Assembly: GCA_964481005.1 (NCBI GenBank)
Contig: CAYZRY010000001.1
Location: forward strand, 6,446 to 70,445
DNA: 64,000 bases
Direction of reading: 5' to 3'
DNA from: an uncultured Muribaculaceae bacterium
Lineage (GTDB): Bacteria > Bacillota_I > Bacilli_A > RF39 > UBA660
This document shows, in pieces, positions 8,225 to 18,612 of the stretch; position 1 is the stretch's first letter; every line of letters starts with the position of its first letter. The translations under genes were made by a program, and so were the position numbers. The notes below the pieces were generated by a model. The model searched no databases. It was not told where the DNA came from and worked only from the letters and a program-made list of their open reading frames with translations.

Positions 8225-9463
8225 TTGAGAAACATATATACTGGTATTGATATTGGCAGTGATAGTATCAAAATAGTTATTGCTGAAAAGACCGAAGATC
8301 GCTATCTTGTTTTGGCGACTGTTAATAGTAAAGTTGAAGGTATAAGACGTGGTCTAATTACCGATTTAGATAAAGTCGAAGACAGTATGAAAATAGCGCT
8401 TAGTGAAGCGGAACGTAAAATTGGTTTTAAGCTTACTAAGGCACTTGTTTCTATACCTAGTTTAGAACCTAAAATTATAGTTGAAAAAGCTAAAATTAAA
8501 ATATATGGTGATGAAGTTAGCAGTAGAGATATCTCTAATGTTTTAGAAGAAGTTAGCAAAGGAGCAGTTGATCCAAAAGATGAATTAGTGTGTGTAACAC
8601 CAATTATGTTTAGTATCGATAAAAAAGAAAATATCAAAAAACCACTTGGTCAAAGTGGGAAGAGTCTTGGTGTAAATGCTGTGATTGTCAGTACTCCGAA
8701 AAAATATCTATATCCATATTTCAGTTTGTTTAATGATCTAGATATTGAGATTATCGATTTGACTTTAAATACAATTGCAGACTATGCGACAGCACGAGAT
8801 AGCAAGAAAGATGATGGTCTTGGAGCAGTTGTCAATATCGGCGAAGATATGATCGATATAGCTGTCTTTAATAAAGGAATAATGATTAAAACTGACAGTA
8901 TAAAACTCGGTAGTAGAAATGTCGATCGTGACATATCTTATGTATATGGGGTTGAGCTAACAACATCGAGAAAACTTAAAGAACGTTTTGCTTATGCTAG
9001 TAAAGCTGAGGCCGATGCCAATGATACTTTAGATTTGCCATCAGTTGATGGGGGAACTATCAGTATCAATCAAAAGGAAGTTTCAGAAGTTAGTCATGCA
9101 CGCATTAAAGAAATGTTAGAGCTAGCAAAAAAATCAATAAATAACTTAACAAATCGTAAAATAAGTTATATAATTGTAACAGGCGGTCTAAGTGAATTGC
9201 TTGGGTTTGAAAAAGTTGTCGATGAAGTCTTTGGACTTGTTGCTAAAACTTTGAAAATTAGTGAGCTTGGAATTAGACACAATAGTTATTCAAGTGCTTA
9301 CGGAATCATTAAATACTACAACGATAAAATGGATCTAAGGGGAAGAAATTACTCTATGGTCAGTGAAGAAGATGTCGTACTTATGATGAATAATATAAAT
9401 GAGAATGTAATGGATACTAAAGTAGAGAAGATTAGTAAAGTATCTAATTACTTCATTCAATAG
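8225..9463 (+). CDS. ftsA: Cell division protein FtsA
   Basis: Actin-like ATPase N-terminus GIDIGSDSIKIVIAEK. TTG start. Immediately upstream of ftsZ. Confidence 0.9.
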   Translation: MRNIYTGIDIGSDSIKIVIAEKTEDRYLVLATVNSKVEGIRRGLITDLDKVEDSMKIALSEAERKIGFKLTKALVSIPSLEPKIIVEKAKIKIYGDEVSSRDISNVLEEVSKGAVDPKDELVCVTPIMFSIDKKENIKKPLGQSGKSLGVNAVIVSTPKKYLYPYFSLFNDLDIEIIDLTLNTIADYATARDSKKDDGLGAVVNIGEDMIDIAVFNKGIMIKTDSIKLGSRNVDRDISYVYGVELTTSRKLKERFAYASKAEADANDTLDLPSVDGGTISINQKEVSEVSHARIKEMLELAKKSINNLTNRKISYIIVTGGLSELLGFEKVVDEVFGLVAKTLKISELGIRHNSYSSAYGIIKYYNDKMDLRGRNYSMVSEEDVVLMMNNINENVMDTKVEKISKVSNYFIQ

Positions 9464-9472
9464 GAGGTTTAA

Positions 9473-10606
9473 ATGTTTAGTGAATTAGCTATGGACCAAT
9501 TGGCCAAAATTAAAGTAATCGGTATTGGTGGTGGCGGAGGAAATGCTGTCAATCGCATGATTGAATCCGGTGTAAAGGGTGTTGAGTTCATTGTAGCTAA
9601 CACTGACTTACAGGTTTTGAATAATTCGAAAGCAGAACATAAAATTCAGCTTGGATCAAAACTGACAGATGGACTAGGAGCAGGGGCTAAGCCAGAAATT
9701 GGTAAAGAAGCTGCACTAGAATCAAAGAAAGATATCGAGGAAGCGCTTGATGGTGCTGACATGGTCTTTATTACCAGTGGTATGGGTGGAGGAACCGGAA
9801 GCGGAGCTGCACCAATTATTGCTGAAATTGCTCAAGGGCTTGGAGCTCTTACCGTAGCAATCGTTACCAAACCATTTACTTTTGAAGGTAAAAAGAGAAT
9901 GGCTAACGCTTTGGCAGGTATTGAAGAACTTAGAAAACATGTCGATACATTGATTGTTATTCCAAATGATAGACTTAGAGAAATCATCGATAAATCAACT
10001 CCGATGTTAGATGCTTTCCAAGAAGTAGATAATGTCTTACGTCGTGGTGTTCAGTCTATTTCAGACTTGATTGCTGTCGTTGGACTTGTCAACCTTGACT
10101 TTGCTGACGTAAAAGCAGTTATGGAAAAATCAGGAAATGCTATTATCGGTATCGGTATTGGAATGGGTGAAGAACGCGCTATCGAAGCGGCTAAACAGGC
10201 TGTTTCATCACCACTTCTCGAAACATCAATCGAAGGAGCAACCGATGCTATTGTCAATGTAACTGGTGGAACAAACTTGACCCTCTTCGAAGCTGAACAA
10301 GCTGCTGAAGTAGTAAGAGCTGCAGCTAAAACAGATATCAACACAATCTTTGGATCAGTTATCAATGAAAACTTGACCGAAGAAGTAATTGTTACTGTTA
10401 TCGCTACTGGATTTGATAAAAATAAGGAACGCCCTGAGCCACTTCCTGTTCGTGAAGAGATGCCTCTTCCAACAAGAAGAAGTGAAGCTCCGGTGGTAAA
10501 AGAAGAAATTCCAGTACCAAAACCAGCAGTAGACTATGGTGATGATGAGGAAGACGAAGATAACGATTTGATACTTCCATCATTTCTAAGAGATAGAAAC
10601 TATTAA
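9473..10606 (+). CDS. ftsZ: Cell division GTPase FtsZ
   Basis: [13 protein letters not shown] and the tubulin signature GGGTGSG. Acidic C-terminal tail. Confidence 0.95.
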   Translation: MFSELAMDQLAKIKVIGIGGGGGNAVNRMIESGVKGVEFIVANTDLQVLNNSKAEHKIQLGSKLTDGLGAGAKPEIGKEAALESKKDIEEALDGADMVFITSGMGGGTGSGAAPIIAEIAQGLGALTVAIVTKPFTFEGKKRMANALAGIEELRKHVDTLIVIPNDRLREIIDKSTPMLDAFQEVDNVLRRGVQSISDLIAVVGLVNLDFADVKAVMEKSGNAIIGIGIGMGEERAIEAAKQAVSSPLLETSIEGATDAIVNVTGGTNLTLFEAEQAAEVVRAAAKTDINTIFGSVINENLTEEVIVTVIATGFDKNKERPEPLPVREEMPLPTRRSEAPVVKEEIPVPKPAVDYGDDEEDEDNDLILPSFLRDRNY

Positions 10607-10611
10607 TATAA

Positions 10612-10640
10612 AAAACATTAGCTAAGCTAATGTTTTTTAA
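10612..10640 (+). terminator. Rho-independent terminator after ftsZ
   Basis: AACATTAGCT-a-AGCTAATGTT perfect stem followed by TTTTTT. Confidence 0.7.
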
Positions 10641-10690
10641 TCATTAACAGTTAAATGTATATAAAATAATCTTAATAAAGATTTTTTTCA

Positions 10691-10699
10691 TGTTATAAT
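10691..10699 (+). promoter_or_regulatory. Extended -10 element (TGtTATAAT) upstream of ftsK
   Basis: TGn plus TATAAT about 27 nt upstream of ATG 10726. Confidence 0.4.
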
Positions 10700-10725
10700 A
10701 TATAATGTAAGTATATGGAGGATAT

Positions 10726-12957
10726 ATGGCAAGAAGAGGACGTAAGAAAAAATTTAAATTTGAGTACAGTTTCGAACTTTGGGCTGTCATTTTTATGTTG
10801 ATGTCAGCTTTAGGTATAGGACTTGGTAGTCCTGTTGGACTTCTTGGTAGAGTAGCCAAAGCAATTGCTGTATTCTTTTTTGGTTCTTGGAATTTACTAT
10901 TCATGTTACTATTTTTAAGTTTAGGAATATACATGATTATTAAAAGAGAAATGCCGAGAATATTTGATAAAAAATTAATTGGAATATATCTATTTATTAT
11001 TGGTGTTCTAATTTTATCACACAGTTTATACATTAAAAATGACTTTACTATTTCAACAGTATTATCTAATAGTTTTAATGATTTAAAGAGTATTATGACA
11101 AAGTTAGTCAGAGCTCATGATTATAATCTTATTGGTGGGGGAATGATTGGGGCACTATTTGCTGCTGGACTAAATGCTTTGGTCGATTATTCAGCTACTA
11201 AAATAATAGCAATAATTATTATTATAATTGGTTTATCAGTCTTCACTGGAGTTTCTATTTTAGAACTGATTCGAAGTGGTTTCTACAAAGGAAAAGAGCT
11301 CTTAGTTCGTGAAACTGATGGTGAAGAAAAAACCGTAATAAAACAAGCTGACCCAGGTGAAGAAGAAAGCGATGAACCTGTTAAAGTTCCAATTAAAAGT
11401 TTGGCTGAGCTAGAAGAGCTAACTGCAGTCAAAGAAGAAAAAGAAGCATTAAATGCTAGTCGTGAAGTAGAGCTTGTTGGCGATGAAAAAGAAACTAGTA
11501 AAGGTAATTACAATTATCAATTACCTCCGTTAACACTTCTGAATAATCCACAAGATAAGAATAAAAATGTTATCGATGTCGATAAATATTCTAAAATAAT
11601 CGAAGAAGTCTTAAGAGAGTTCGGTATCATTGGTAAAGTTGTGGCATATCACATCGGACCTAGTGTTACCCAGTATGAACTTGAGTTAAAAGCTGGAACT
11701 AAGCTTAGTAAACTAGTCAGTATTAATAAAGAAATATCGCTAGCTTTAGCTAAAAAAGATGTCCGTATCCAGGCCCCAATTCCCGGTAAGAGTACTGTCG
11801 GAATCGAAGTTGCTAACGATAAGATTTCACCGGTTTCATTAAAGGAAATTTTAACTGATGAACCACGTGATGCCAAAAGCAAGAAATTATTTGTTGCCTT
11901 AGGTAAAAACATTATGGGTGAATCACGCTTTACTGAAATTGATAAGACCCCGCATTTACTTGTTGCCGGAGCAACTGGTTCAGGAAAAAGTGTTTGTATC
12001 AACTCTATTATTGCATCAATTTTAATGAGATCAAAACCAGACGAAGTTAAACTGGTCATGGTCGATCCTAAGAAAGTTGAACTTAGTATGTACAACGGTA
12101 TTCCACATTTGTTAATGCCAGTTGTTACCGATCCAAGAAAAGCTAGTGTTGCTCTTCAAAAGATTGTCCAAGAGATGGAAAATAGATATGTTCTATTTAG
12201 TGATAAGAATGTTAAAAATATCAGTGGTTATAATGATTTAATCGACAAAGAAAATAAAAAACGCGGTCCAGATGATCAAATATCGAAAATGTATTACATT
12301 GTTGTCATTGTCGATGAGTTAGCAGACTTGATGCTTGTTGCAAGCCGTGAAGTTGAAGACTCAATTATGCGAATTACACAGATGGCTAGAGCAGCTGGTA
12401 TCCACTTGATTGTTGCTACTCAAAGACCTTCGACTGATGTCATTACAGGTCTAGTTAAGTCTAATATTCCTTCGCGTATATCATTTGCTGTTTCATCATC
12501 GATCGATTCACGTACTATCCTCGATATGGGTGGTGCTGAAAAACTTCTTGGTAAAGGAGATATGCTATATTTCCCAATGGGAGCTAGCAGTCCAGAGCGT
12601 GTTCAAGGAGCCTTTGTTTCTGATGAAGAACTGCAAAGTATAGTCAATCATACTGTTGCACAGCAGAAGGCTAAATACGATGAAAACTTTATGAATTTAA
12701 GTGTTGCTCAGGCCCAAGGAAATGCTGGTGGAGCAGTTTCGACAACCGAAGAAGAATACGATGATCCACTTTACAATGAAGCTCTAGATTTTGTTATACA
12801 AACACAAAAAGCTAGTGCCTCAGCTCTTCAACGAAGATTTAAAGTTGGTTATAACCGAGCAGCTAGAATTATCGATTTGCTCGAAGAAAGAGGAATTGTC
12901 GGACCATCTAGTGGTTCAAAACCTCGCGAAGTATTAGTAAAAGAAGACGACAATTAG
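10726..12957 (+). CDS. ftsK: DNA translocase FtsK/SpoIIIE
   Basis: N-terminal TM segments. Walker A GATGSGKS. C-terminal gamma winged-helix domain (ALDFVIQTQKASASALQRRFKVGYNRAARIIDLLEERGIV). Confidence 0.9.
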   Translation: MARRGRKKKFKFEYSFELWAVIFMLMSALGIGLGSPVGLLGRVAKAIAVFFFGSWNLLFMLLFLSLGIYMIIKREMPRIFDKKLIGIYLFIIGVLILSHSLYIKNDFTISTVLSNSFNDLKSIMTKLVRAHDYNLIGGGMIGALFAAGLNALVDYSATKIIAIIIIIIGLSVFTGVSILELIRSGFYKGKELLVRETDGEEKTVIKQADPGEEESDEPVKVPIKSLAELEELTAVKEEKEALNASREVELVGDEKETSKGNYNYQLPPLTLLNNPQDKNKNVIDVDKYSKIIEEVLREFGIIGKVVAYHIGPSVTQYELELKAGTKLSKLVSINKEISLALAKKDVRIQAPIPGKSTVGIEVANDKISPVSLKEILTDEPRDAKSKKLFVALGKNIMGESRFTEIDKTPHLLVAGATGSGKSVCINSIIASILMRSKPDEVKLVMVDPKKVELSMYNGIPHLLMPVVTDPRKASVALQKIVQEMENRYVLFSDKNVKNISGYNDLIDKENKKRGPDDQISKMYYIVVIVDELADLMLVASREVEDSIMRITQMARAAGIHLIVATQRPSTDVITGLVKSNIPSRISFAVSSSIDSRTILDMGGAEKLLGKGDMLYFPMGASSPERVQGAFVSDEELQSIVNHTVAQQKAKYDENFMNLSVAQAQGNAGGAVSTTEEEYDDPLYNEALDFVIQTQKASASALQRRFKVGYNRAARIIDLLEERGIVGPSSGSKPREVLVKEDDN

Positions 12958-12990
12958 AGAAATCTAATTGTCTGTTTTTAAAGGAGAAGA

Positions 12991-14238
12991 ATGAATTACA
13001 CAAAAGAAGAATACAAAAATTATACCCTTCACATATACCAAACTAAAAAGTTTAAAAAAGTAGATATAAGTCTATTTCTAAGTAATAATATAAAAGGAAA
13101 AGCAAGCTACCGATCACTACTTAATAATGTACTTGGTCAAAGTAGTAAAAAATATGATACTAAAAGAAAATTAGCAATAGCTCTCGAAGACAATTATAAT
13201 CCAATAATTGATTTTAGTAGTGAGCGTTTAGCAAATGTCTATTTAAGCAGATTTAATATTTCTTATTATAATAAAGAATATATTGGCGAAGATCTTCAAG
13301 AAGAAATTAGTAAAATGCTTTATGAACTTGTCTATAATCCTAATGTAAATGATGAATCTTTCGAAGAAAACAGTTTTAAAATTGCTAAGGAAAAATACTT
13401 AGAATTTTATAAAATAAAGAAAGAAAATAATCATGAAATAGCTAGTGATGAATTCTACAAGTTGTTTGATAAAGAGGGACCACTTGCTGAAAATCCATTA
13501 GGTGAGTTAGATATTTTAAATGAAATTAATGCAAGTAGTTTGTATCAATATTACAAACAGTTTATTGCAAACAGTAAAGTAGATATCTTTGTAGTTGGCG
13601 ATGTCGATATTGATGTTACTAAAAAAATAATTGCAAATTATTTTGATAATATTCCAAGTGTTAAGTCGTTTGAATTTGCTTTGCTTGAAAGAAGTAAAAA
13701 AGATCTTAACGAAGTTATTAGTGAGAAAGATAGTCTTCAAAATATTTCAATTGTGGCCTATGAGTTTAAAGGTTTAAACAGTTATGAAAATCAAATAGTT
13801 TTAAAACTATACAACGCAATCTTTGGTGGGGAAGTTTTTTCAAGACTATTTAACATTGTCAGGGAGAAGCATTCACTTTGTTATTCAATTGGATCTAGAT
13901 CATCATCATTTGATAACTACATGATGGTAATGACTAGTTATTCTAAAGAAAACTACGATAAAACGATTAATTTAATCGAAGAGATAAAAAAATCGATGAG
14001 TCAATCGATAACTGATGAGGAACTAACAAATGCTAAAGCAACGCTTTTAGCAGATTTAAAGAAAGTCTTTAATAACAGTAACTTACTTGCTAAAACTAAG
14101 TATTATGAATTATATTTTAATATTTATCCACTTGATGAGTATGAAAACTTAGTTGATAAAGTTAGGCGCGAAGATATCTTAGCTTTAAGCGATAAGATTG
14201 TTCTAGATACAATATATACACTAGGAGGTAAGTCATGA
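12991..14238 (+). CDS. M16-family peptidase homolog, non-catalytic (no HxxEH)
   Basis: Insulinase-like length and architecture (415 aa). Paired with and overlapping the next gene by 4 nt (ATGA). Lacks the inverzincin motif. YmfF-like position downstream of ftsK. Confidence 0.7.
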   Translation: MNYTKEEYKNYTLHIYQTKKFKKVDISLFLSNNIKGKASYRSLLNNVLGQSSKKYDTKRKLAIALEDNYNPIIDFSSERLANVYLSRFNISYYNKEYIGEDLQEEISKMLYELVYNPNVNDESFEENSFKIAKEKYLEFYKIKKENNHEIASDEFYKLFDKEGPLAENPLGELDILNEINASSLYQYYKQFIANSKVDIFVVGDVDIDVTKKIIANYFDNIPSVKSFEFALLERSKKDLNEVISEKDSLQNISIVAYEFKGLNSYENQIVLKLYNAIFGGEVFSRLFNIVREKHSLCYSIGSRSSSFDNYMMVMTSYSKENYDKTINLIEEIKKSMSQSITDEELTNAKATLLADLKKVFNNSNLLAKTKYYELYFNIYPLDEYENLVDKVRREDILALSDKIVLDTIYTLGGKS

Positions 14239-15479
14239 AAAAAGTAAGTTTAGTTAATAGAGAAGTATACTGTAAAACTTTGACCAATGGGCTTGAGGTA
14301 TTACTTTTTCCAAGTCATGACTTAGATGATTATTACATTAGTTATTTCACTAAGTATGGGGGAGTAGACTTGAGCTTTTATGATAAAGATGGAAAGCTGT
14401 TAAATACTAATCCTGGGATTGCTCACTTTTTAGAACATAAACTATTTGAAAGTGAAGGACCAGGGCCATTTGAATTCTTTGCTCAAAGTGGTAGTGATGT
14501 AAATGCATATACTGACTATCGTCAGACGGCTTATATCCTCTCTGGCAATAGAGATTTTCTTAAAAATTTAGATTATGTTTTAGACTACGTCAATACAATT
14601 AATTTAACTGAAGAAAATGTCGAAAAAGAAAAGGGCATCATTGCCGAAGAGTTAAAGATGTACGAGGATATGCCAGAGTGGCAAATAGATGAAGCTCAGA
14701 CGAAGATGATATTTTCTAAAAGTAATATGCTCCATGATGTCGGTGGAAAAGTTAGTGACATTATGAAAATTACCAAAGATGAACTGACTAAATGCTATGA
14801 AATATTTTATCAACCATCGAATATGAAACTTATCATAAGTGGTAATATCGATGTCGATGATACATTTAAGCTGATTGAAAACCACCAAAAATCAAATTCT
14901 AAAGTGAATAACTTTGAAATTAAAAGAGTTGATCCAGTCGAACCACTTCCAGTTGCCGAGAAAGAAAAGAGCATAACTATTAAGGACATTCAAAATCCGC
15001 GCATGTATTATGTTTTCAAGTTTGATGGTCTTGATAATAGTCATAAAAATAATATGATTGCTCGTATGTTTAACAATTGCTTATTTGGTCGCAGTTCAGC
15101 TTTTGTCGAAGATGAAGAAGGAAAAAGTTTCACCTATTTTTATTCGGGAACTACTTATGCATCAGGCTATTATCTTTTTGAACTGGTGGCTAATCCAAAA
15201 GATATCAAATCCTTTATAGATAAAGCAAATAGGGTAATTAAAGAAACAGTCATCGATGAAGAAATGTTATCTCGGGCTAAAAAAATAGAGAAGTCTTTGA
15301 CCCTAAGAACATATGAAACTAACGAAGCACTTTGCCGCGTTTTATCATATGAACTTATCGATAATGAACTATTACTTGATCCACTTTCATTGATCGATTC
15401 AATTACATTGGAAGATTTAGAAGACTTTAGAAATAAGATAAATCTTGATAATTATTCATTACTTAAAGTTAATTACTAG
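14235..15479 (+). CDS. M16-family zinc peptidase (active subunit)
   Basis: HFLEH inverzincin motif with downstream Glu. 414 aa. YmfH-like. Confidence 0.8.
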   Translation: MKKVSLVNREVYCKTLTNGLEVLLFPSHDLDDYYISYFTKYGGVDLSFYDKDGKLLNTNPGIAHFLEHKLFESEGPGPFEFFAQSGSDVNAYTDYRQTAYILSGNRDFLKNLDYVLDYVNTINLTEENVEKEKGIIAEELKMYEDMPEWQIDEAQTKMIFSKSNMLHDVGGKVSDIMKITKDELTKCYEIFYQPSNMKLIISGNIDVDDTFKLIENHQKSNSKVNNFEIKRVDPVEPLPVAEKEKSITIKDIQNPRMYYVFKFDGLDNSHKNNMIARMFNNCLFGRSSAFVEDEEGKSFTYFYSGTTYASGYYLFELVANPKDIKSFIDKANRVIKETVIDEEMLSRAKKIEKSLTLRTYETNEALCRVLSYELIDNELLLDPLSLIDSITLEDLEDFRNKINLDNYSLLKVNY

Positions 15480-15483
15480 AAAA

Positions 15484-15506
15484 TGCTCTAAAAAGAGCGT
15501 TTTTTA
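15484..15506 (+). terminator. Rho-independent terminator
   Basis: GCTCT-aaaa-AGAGC followed by GTTTTTT. Confidence 0.55.
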
Positions 15507-15558
15507 TTTTATTTTTATTATTATATGCTATAATTTTATATAGAATAGGGTTGATAGT

Positions 15559-17328
15559 ATGATAGGTAAAATATTAAATATTGATGGTGATCACGTAACA
15601 ATTAAATTAGCTATTGATATTACGGCACAGACTAACTTAGTCGGTGTCCATGTTGTCTTTGAAGATGGCAATGTAAAAATAGTCGGAGAGATTGTTTCGA
15701 TTTCTAAAGAGACAGCGGTAATAGCCATTGCTGGAGAAATAAAGGATACATATTTTGTTCCTGGTTCTTCGTCTAAACCATCATTTAAGTCTACATGTAG
15801 AGTCATTATTATGAATGAATTGGCTCTTATTTTAGGAGATCAAAAAATTACCGATACTACCCGTACATACTTTGGTAAATCAACCATTTATAAAAACTAT
15901 CAAATTAATGTTGAAATAGATAAATTCTTTTCTAATCACTTTGCTATTTTAGGTAACACTGGTTCAGGAAAGAGTCACACTACAGCTAGAATATTCCAAA
16001 ATGTTTTCAGTAGTAGTGAATATCTGCCTATTAATTCGAAGATTATTATCTTTGATGCTTTCGGGGAGTATGTTGATGCTTTTTCTAATGTTTCAGCTAT
16101 ATCACCGATGCTAAATACGAAAATTTATACAACTAATATTTTAGATGGATCTCATGAATTACTGAGAATACCAACTTGGTTTTTAGGAGTAGACGATGTC
16201 GCCTTACTACTTGGAGCAACTGATCATAGTCAGCTATCAATTATTGAAAAGACTTTGAAGCTTGCCCCAATTTTTAAAGGAACTGAGGAATCGGTTATTA
16301 GAAATCGTAATGACATTATCGCTAGAGCGTTACTAGATATTTTAAGAAGTGGTAATGACTCAGCTAAAATAAGAGACCAACTTACAGCTATTTTAACTAG
16401 TTATAACACACCACAATTAAACCTTGATGCAACTGTCTATCAACCAGGTTATTCAAGACCGCTAAAGCAGTGTATCTTTGTTGATAAGACTGGTAAGATG
16501 ATGGATATGGAACTAGTTGTATCGTTCATTCAAACGTTTGTTGTCGAAGGACTCGAAATACCTGATCCAGACGGAACGATAGCGTACAGTTTGAAAGATC
16601 TTGAAAAAGCCTTAGACTTCGCTATGATCTCTGAAGGTGTTCTAAAAAGTGATAAAGTCTTCGATTATGCTAACATTTTAAGTGTAAGACTGCATTCACT
16701 TATCAACTCAACCGCATCTACTTACTTTGATTATGATAAGTACATTTCAAAAGATGAATACATGAAAAAGTTCTTTTTAACCGCTGATGGTAAACCATCT
16801 CAGATTGTCGATATCAACATCAACTATGTCAATGACCGTTTAGCTAAGAGTATCGCTAAGATAATCTCAAAAATGTTCTTTGACAAAGCAACTGATTCAA
16901 GTATGCGCGGAACTGAACCAATTCACATTATTATCGAGGAGGCTCACCGTTATGTTCAAAACGATAACGATGCATTCTTACTCGGTTACAATATCTTTGA
17001 CCGTATCACTAAAGAGGGTCGTAAATATGGAATTATCTTGGGACTTATTACCCAGCGACCTAGTGAACTTAGTGAAACAAGTATTTCTCAGTGTTCTAAC
17101 TTTGTCATTCTAAGAACACTCCATCCGAAGGATTTAACCTTCATTAGAGAGATGGTACCAAATATTACCGAAGAGGGGACAACTCAACTTAAGAATCTTC
17201 AACCAGGAACAGCTCTAGTCTTTGGAAGTGCTTTCCCAATCTCTCTAAATATAGCCTTTGATAAACCAGTACCAGAACCTAACAGTAGTAATAGTGAGGT
17301 TGGTAAGATATGGTTCAATCAAAAATAG
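15559..17328 (+). CDS. HerA/DUF87-like ATPase (FtsK-HerA superfamily) with N-terminal HAS-barrel-like domain
   Basis: N-terminus MIGKILNIDGDHVTIKL...VGVHVVFEDGNVKIVGEIVSI (barrel-like). Walker A AILGNTGSGKSHT. Walker B/DEAH-like HIIIEEAHRYV. 589 aa. Confidence 0.7.
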   Translation: MIGKILNIDGDHVTIKLAIDITAQTNLVGVHVVFEDGNVKIVGEIVSISKETAVIAIAGEIKDTYFVPGSSSKPSFKSTCRVIIMNELALILGDQKITDTTRTYFGKSTIYKNYQINVEIDKFFSNHFAILGNTGSGKSHTTARIFQNVFSSSEYLPINSKIIIFDAFGEYVDAFSNVSAISPMLNTKIYTTNILDGSHELLRIPTWFLGVDDVALLLGATDHSQLSIIEKTLKLAPIFKGTEESVIRNRNDIIARALLDILRSGNDSAKIRDQLTAILTSYNTPQLNLDATVYQPGYSRPLKQCIFVDKTGKMMDMELVVSFIQTFVVEGLEIPDPDGTIAYSLKDLEKALDFAMISEGVLKSDKVFDYANILSVRLHSLINSTASTYFDYDKYISKDEYMKKFFLTADGKPSQIVDININYVNDRLAKSIAKIISKMFFDKATDSSMRGTEPIHIIIEEAHRYVQNDNDAFLLGYNIFDRITKEGRKYGIILGLITQRPSELSETSISQCSNFVILRTLHPKDLTFIREMVPNITEEGTTQLKNLQPGTALVFGSAFPISLNIAFDKPVPEPNSSNSEVGKIWFNQK

Positions 17329-17331
17329 TCT

Positions 17332-17360
17332 TTGCAAGCATAAAATAACTATGGTATAAT
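17332..17360 (+). promoter_or_regulatory. Sigma-A promoter for sepF
   Basis: TTGCAA, 17-nt spacer, TGgTATAAT (extended -10). Confidence 0.55.
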
Positions 17361-17385
17361 TTTCATATACGATATCGGAGGAAAT

Positions 17386-17781
17386 ATGGCATTTAACAAA
17401 TTGAAAAAAATTATGGGTGTTGAACCCACAGATGTCGAAATGGACGAAGAATTTGATGATGATCAAGTAGAATACAGTTCAGAAGGATCTAATAAAATGA
17501 TTCTGGTTGAACCACGTGCTTATTCAGAATCACAACAGATAGCAGATCACTTAAAAAGAAAGAGTGCCGTTGTGGTTAATCTTAAGAGAGTAACACCAGA
17601 TCAAGCTAAGCGAATAGTTGACTTCCTAAGTGGAACACTATATGCAATTGGAGGAGAAATCCAAAAGCTTGGTGGCGGTATTTTCCTATGCACACCTAGA
17701 AATGTCAACGTCGAAGGATCAATTACTGAAGAAGCATCTAAATCAAGTAAAAAAGTCGAAGACGACGATTTTAATTTCTAA
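17386..17781 (+). CDS. sepF: Cell division protein SepF
   Basis: Conserved core [32 protein letters not shown]...[18 protein letters not shown]. Confidence 0.85.
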   Translation: MAFNKLKKIMGVEPTDVEMDEEFDDDQVEYSSEGSNKMILVEPRAYSESQQIADHLKRKSAVVVNLKRVTPDQAKRIVDFLSGTLYAIGGEIQKLGGGIFLCTPRNVNVEGSITEEASKSSKKVEDDDFNF

Positions 17782-17802
17782 TAATATCTATGAGGTGATA
17801 AC

Positions 17803-18234
17803 ATGGAAAGGTTTTCCCGTGAAGAAAACGGTTACAATAAACAAGAAGTAAACAAGTTTGTCGACGATGTTATCGCTCAGACAGAATCTATTGTAACTAG
17901 AGTAAAACGTCAACAAAATGAAATAAATAATCTAAACAAAGAGTTAGAGGTATACAGAGGTCTTGAAAAGACTTTGAATTCATCTTTATTAAAAGCTGAA
18001 GAAGCTTCGAATAGCATTAGAAAAAATGCCCTAGATGAAGCTAAGATAATTGTTGATGATGCCAAGGGTAATGCTTCTCGCATAGTTAATGATGCCTTAA
18101 TAAGAGCTGAAAAAATTGAAATTAAAGCAGACACCCTAGAACGAAACATAATTGTCTTTAAGAGAAAATTAAAACTGATTGTCGATCAACAACAATCAGT
18201 CATCGAAGATATTGAAGAATTAGACTTAAAATAG
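17803..18234 (+). CDS. divIVA: DivIVA-domain protein (DivIVA/GpsB family)
   Basis: N-terminus MERFSREENGYNKQEVNKFVDDV matches the DivIVA lipid-binding domain. Coiled-coil remainder. Confidence 0.7.
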   Translation: MERFSREENGYNKQEVNKFVDDVIAQTESIVTRVKRQQNEINNLNKELEVYRGLEKTLNSSLLKAEEASNSIRKNALDEAKIIVDDAKGNASRIVNDALIRAEKIEIKADTLERNIIVFKRKLKLIVDQQQSVIEDIEELDLK

Positions 18235-18260
18235 ATAGAAATATCTATTTTTTTTATAAG

Positions 18261-18286
18261 AAAAAAGATATCTAATTAGATATCTT
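18261..18286. terminator. Bidirectional terminator palindrome between divIVA (+) and rpmB (-)
   Basis: Perfect palindrome AAAAGATATCTAATTAGATATCTTTT with U-runs readable on both strands. Confidence 0.6.
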
Positions 18287-18461
18287 TTACTTTACTTGCT
18301 TTTTTAGCTGTTCTTAATTCTTTATTTGAAACTCTAACTTTTTCTCCGTTATCTAGTCTTACTACTTGTAAGTTTAGTCCCTGTTTCTTTCTAGTTGCAT
18401 TTAGTGCATGTGAACGTGTATTTTTAAAATTAGGTTTTCTACTTGTTACATTAACTGCCAT
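18276..18461 (-). CDS. rpmB: 50S ribosomal protein L28
   Basis: MAVNVTSRKPNFKNTRSHALNATRKKQGLNLQVVRLDNGEKVRV... matches the L28 pattern. GAGGGAGG RBS 5 nt upstream of ATG (the track ORF starts 15 nt earlier at MREDQ). Only minus-strand gene in the window. My hand count of the 3' end differed by 2 nt from the track coordinate; the track value is used. Confidence 0.8.
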   Translation of the reverse strand: MAVNVTSRKPNFKNTRSHALNATRKKQGLNLQVVRLDNGEKVRVSNKELRTAKKASKVKDI

Positions 18462-18554
18462 TTGGTCCTCCCTCATTTGTTTCTCGCTTTATAACTTTAT
18501 CACAGAGCTTAGTTTTAGTCAAGTCAAAGAAAAGAGTTAGCTCAATTATTTTCT

Positions 18555-18583
18555 TTGACTTTCAATAGTATATATAGTATAAT
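18555..18583 (+). promoter_or_regulatory. Consensus sigma-A promoter
   Basis: TTGACT, 17-nt spacer, TATAAT. 30 nt upstream of ATG 18613. Confidence 0.6.
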
Positions 18584-18612
18584 GTACGAGCTTTGCAAAG
18601 GAGGGCAAAAAA

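Noticed and set aside
17630-17851. 73-aa ORF overlapping sepF/divIVA
   Set aside because: It lies in an alternate frame of the conserved sepF 3' end and the intergenic region. No support.
18462-18560. Promoter for rpmB on the minus strand (TTGACT ... TGTGATAAA)
   Set aside because: A -35-like TTGACT is present, but the spacing to any -10 is non-canonical (15 or 20 to 23 nt). Too uncertain to call as a feature.
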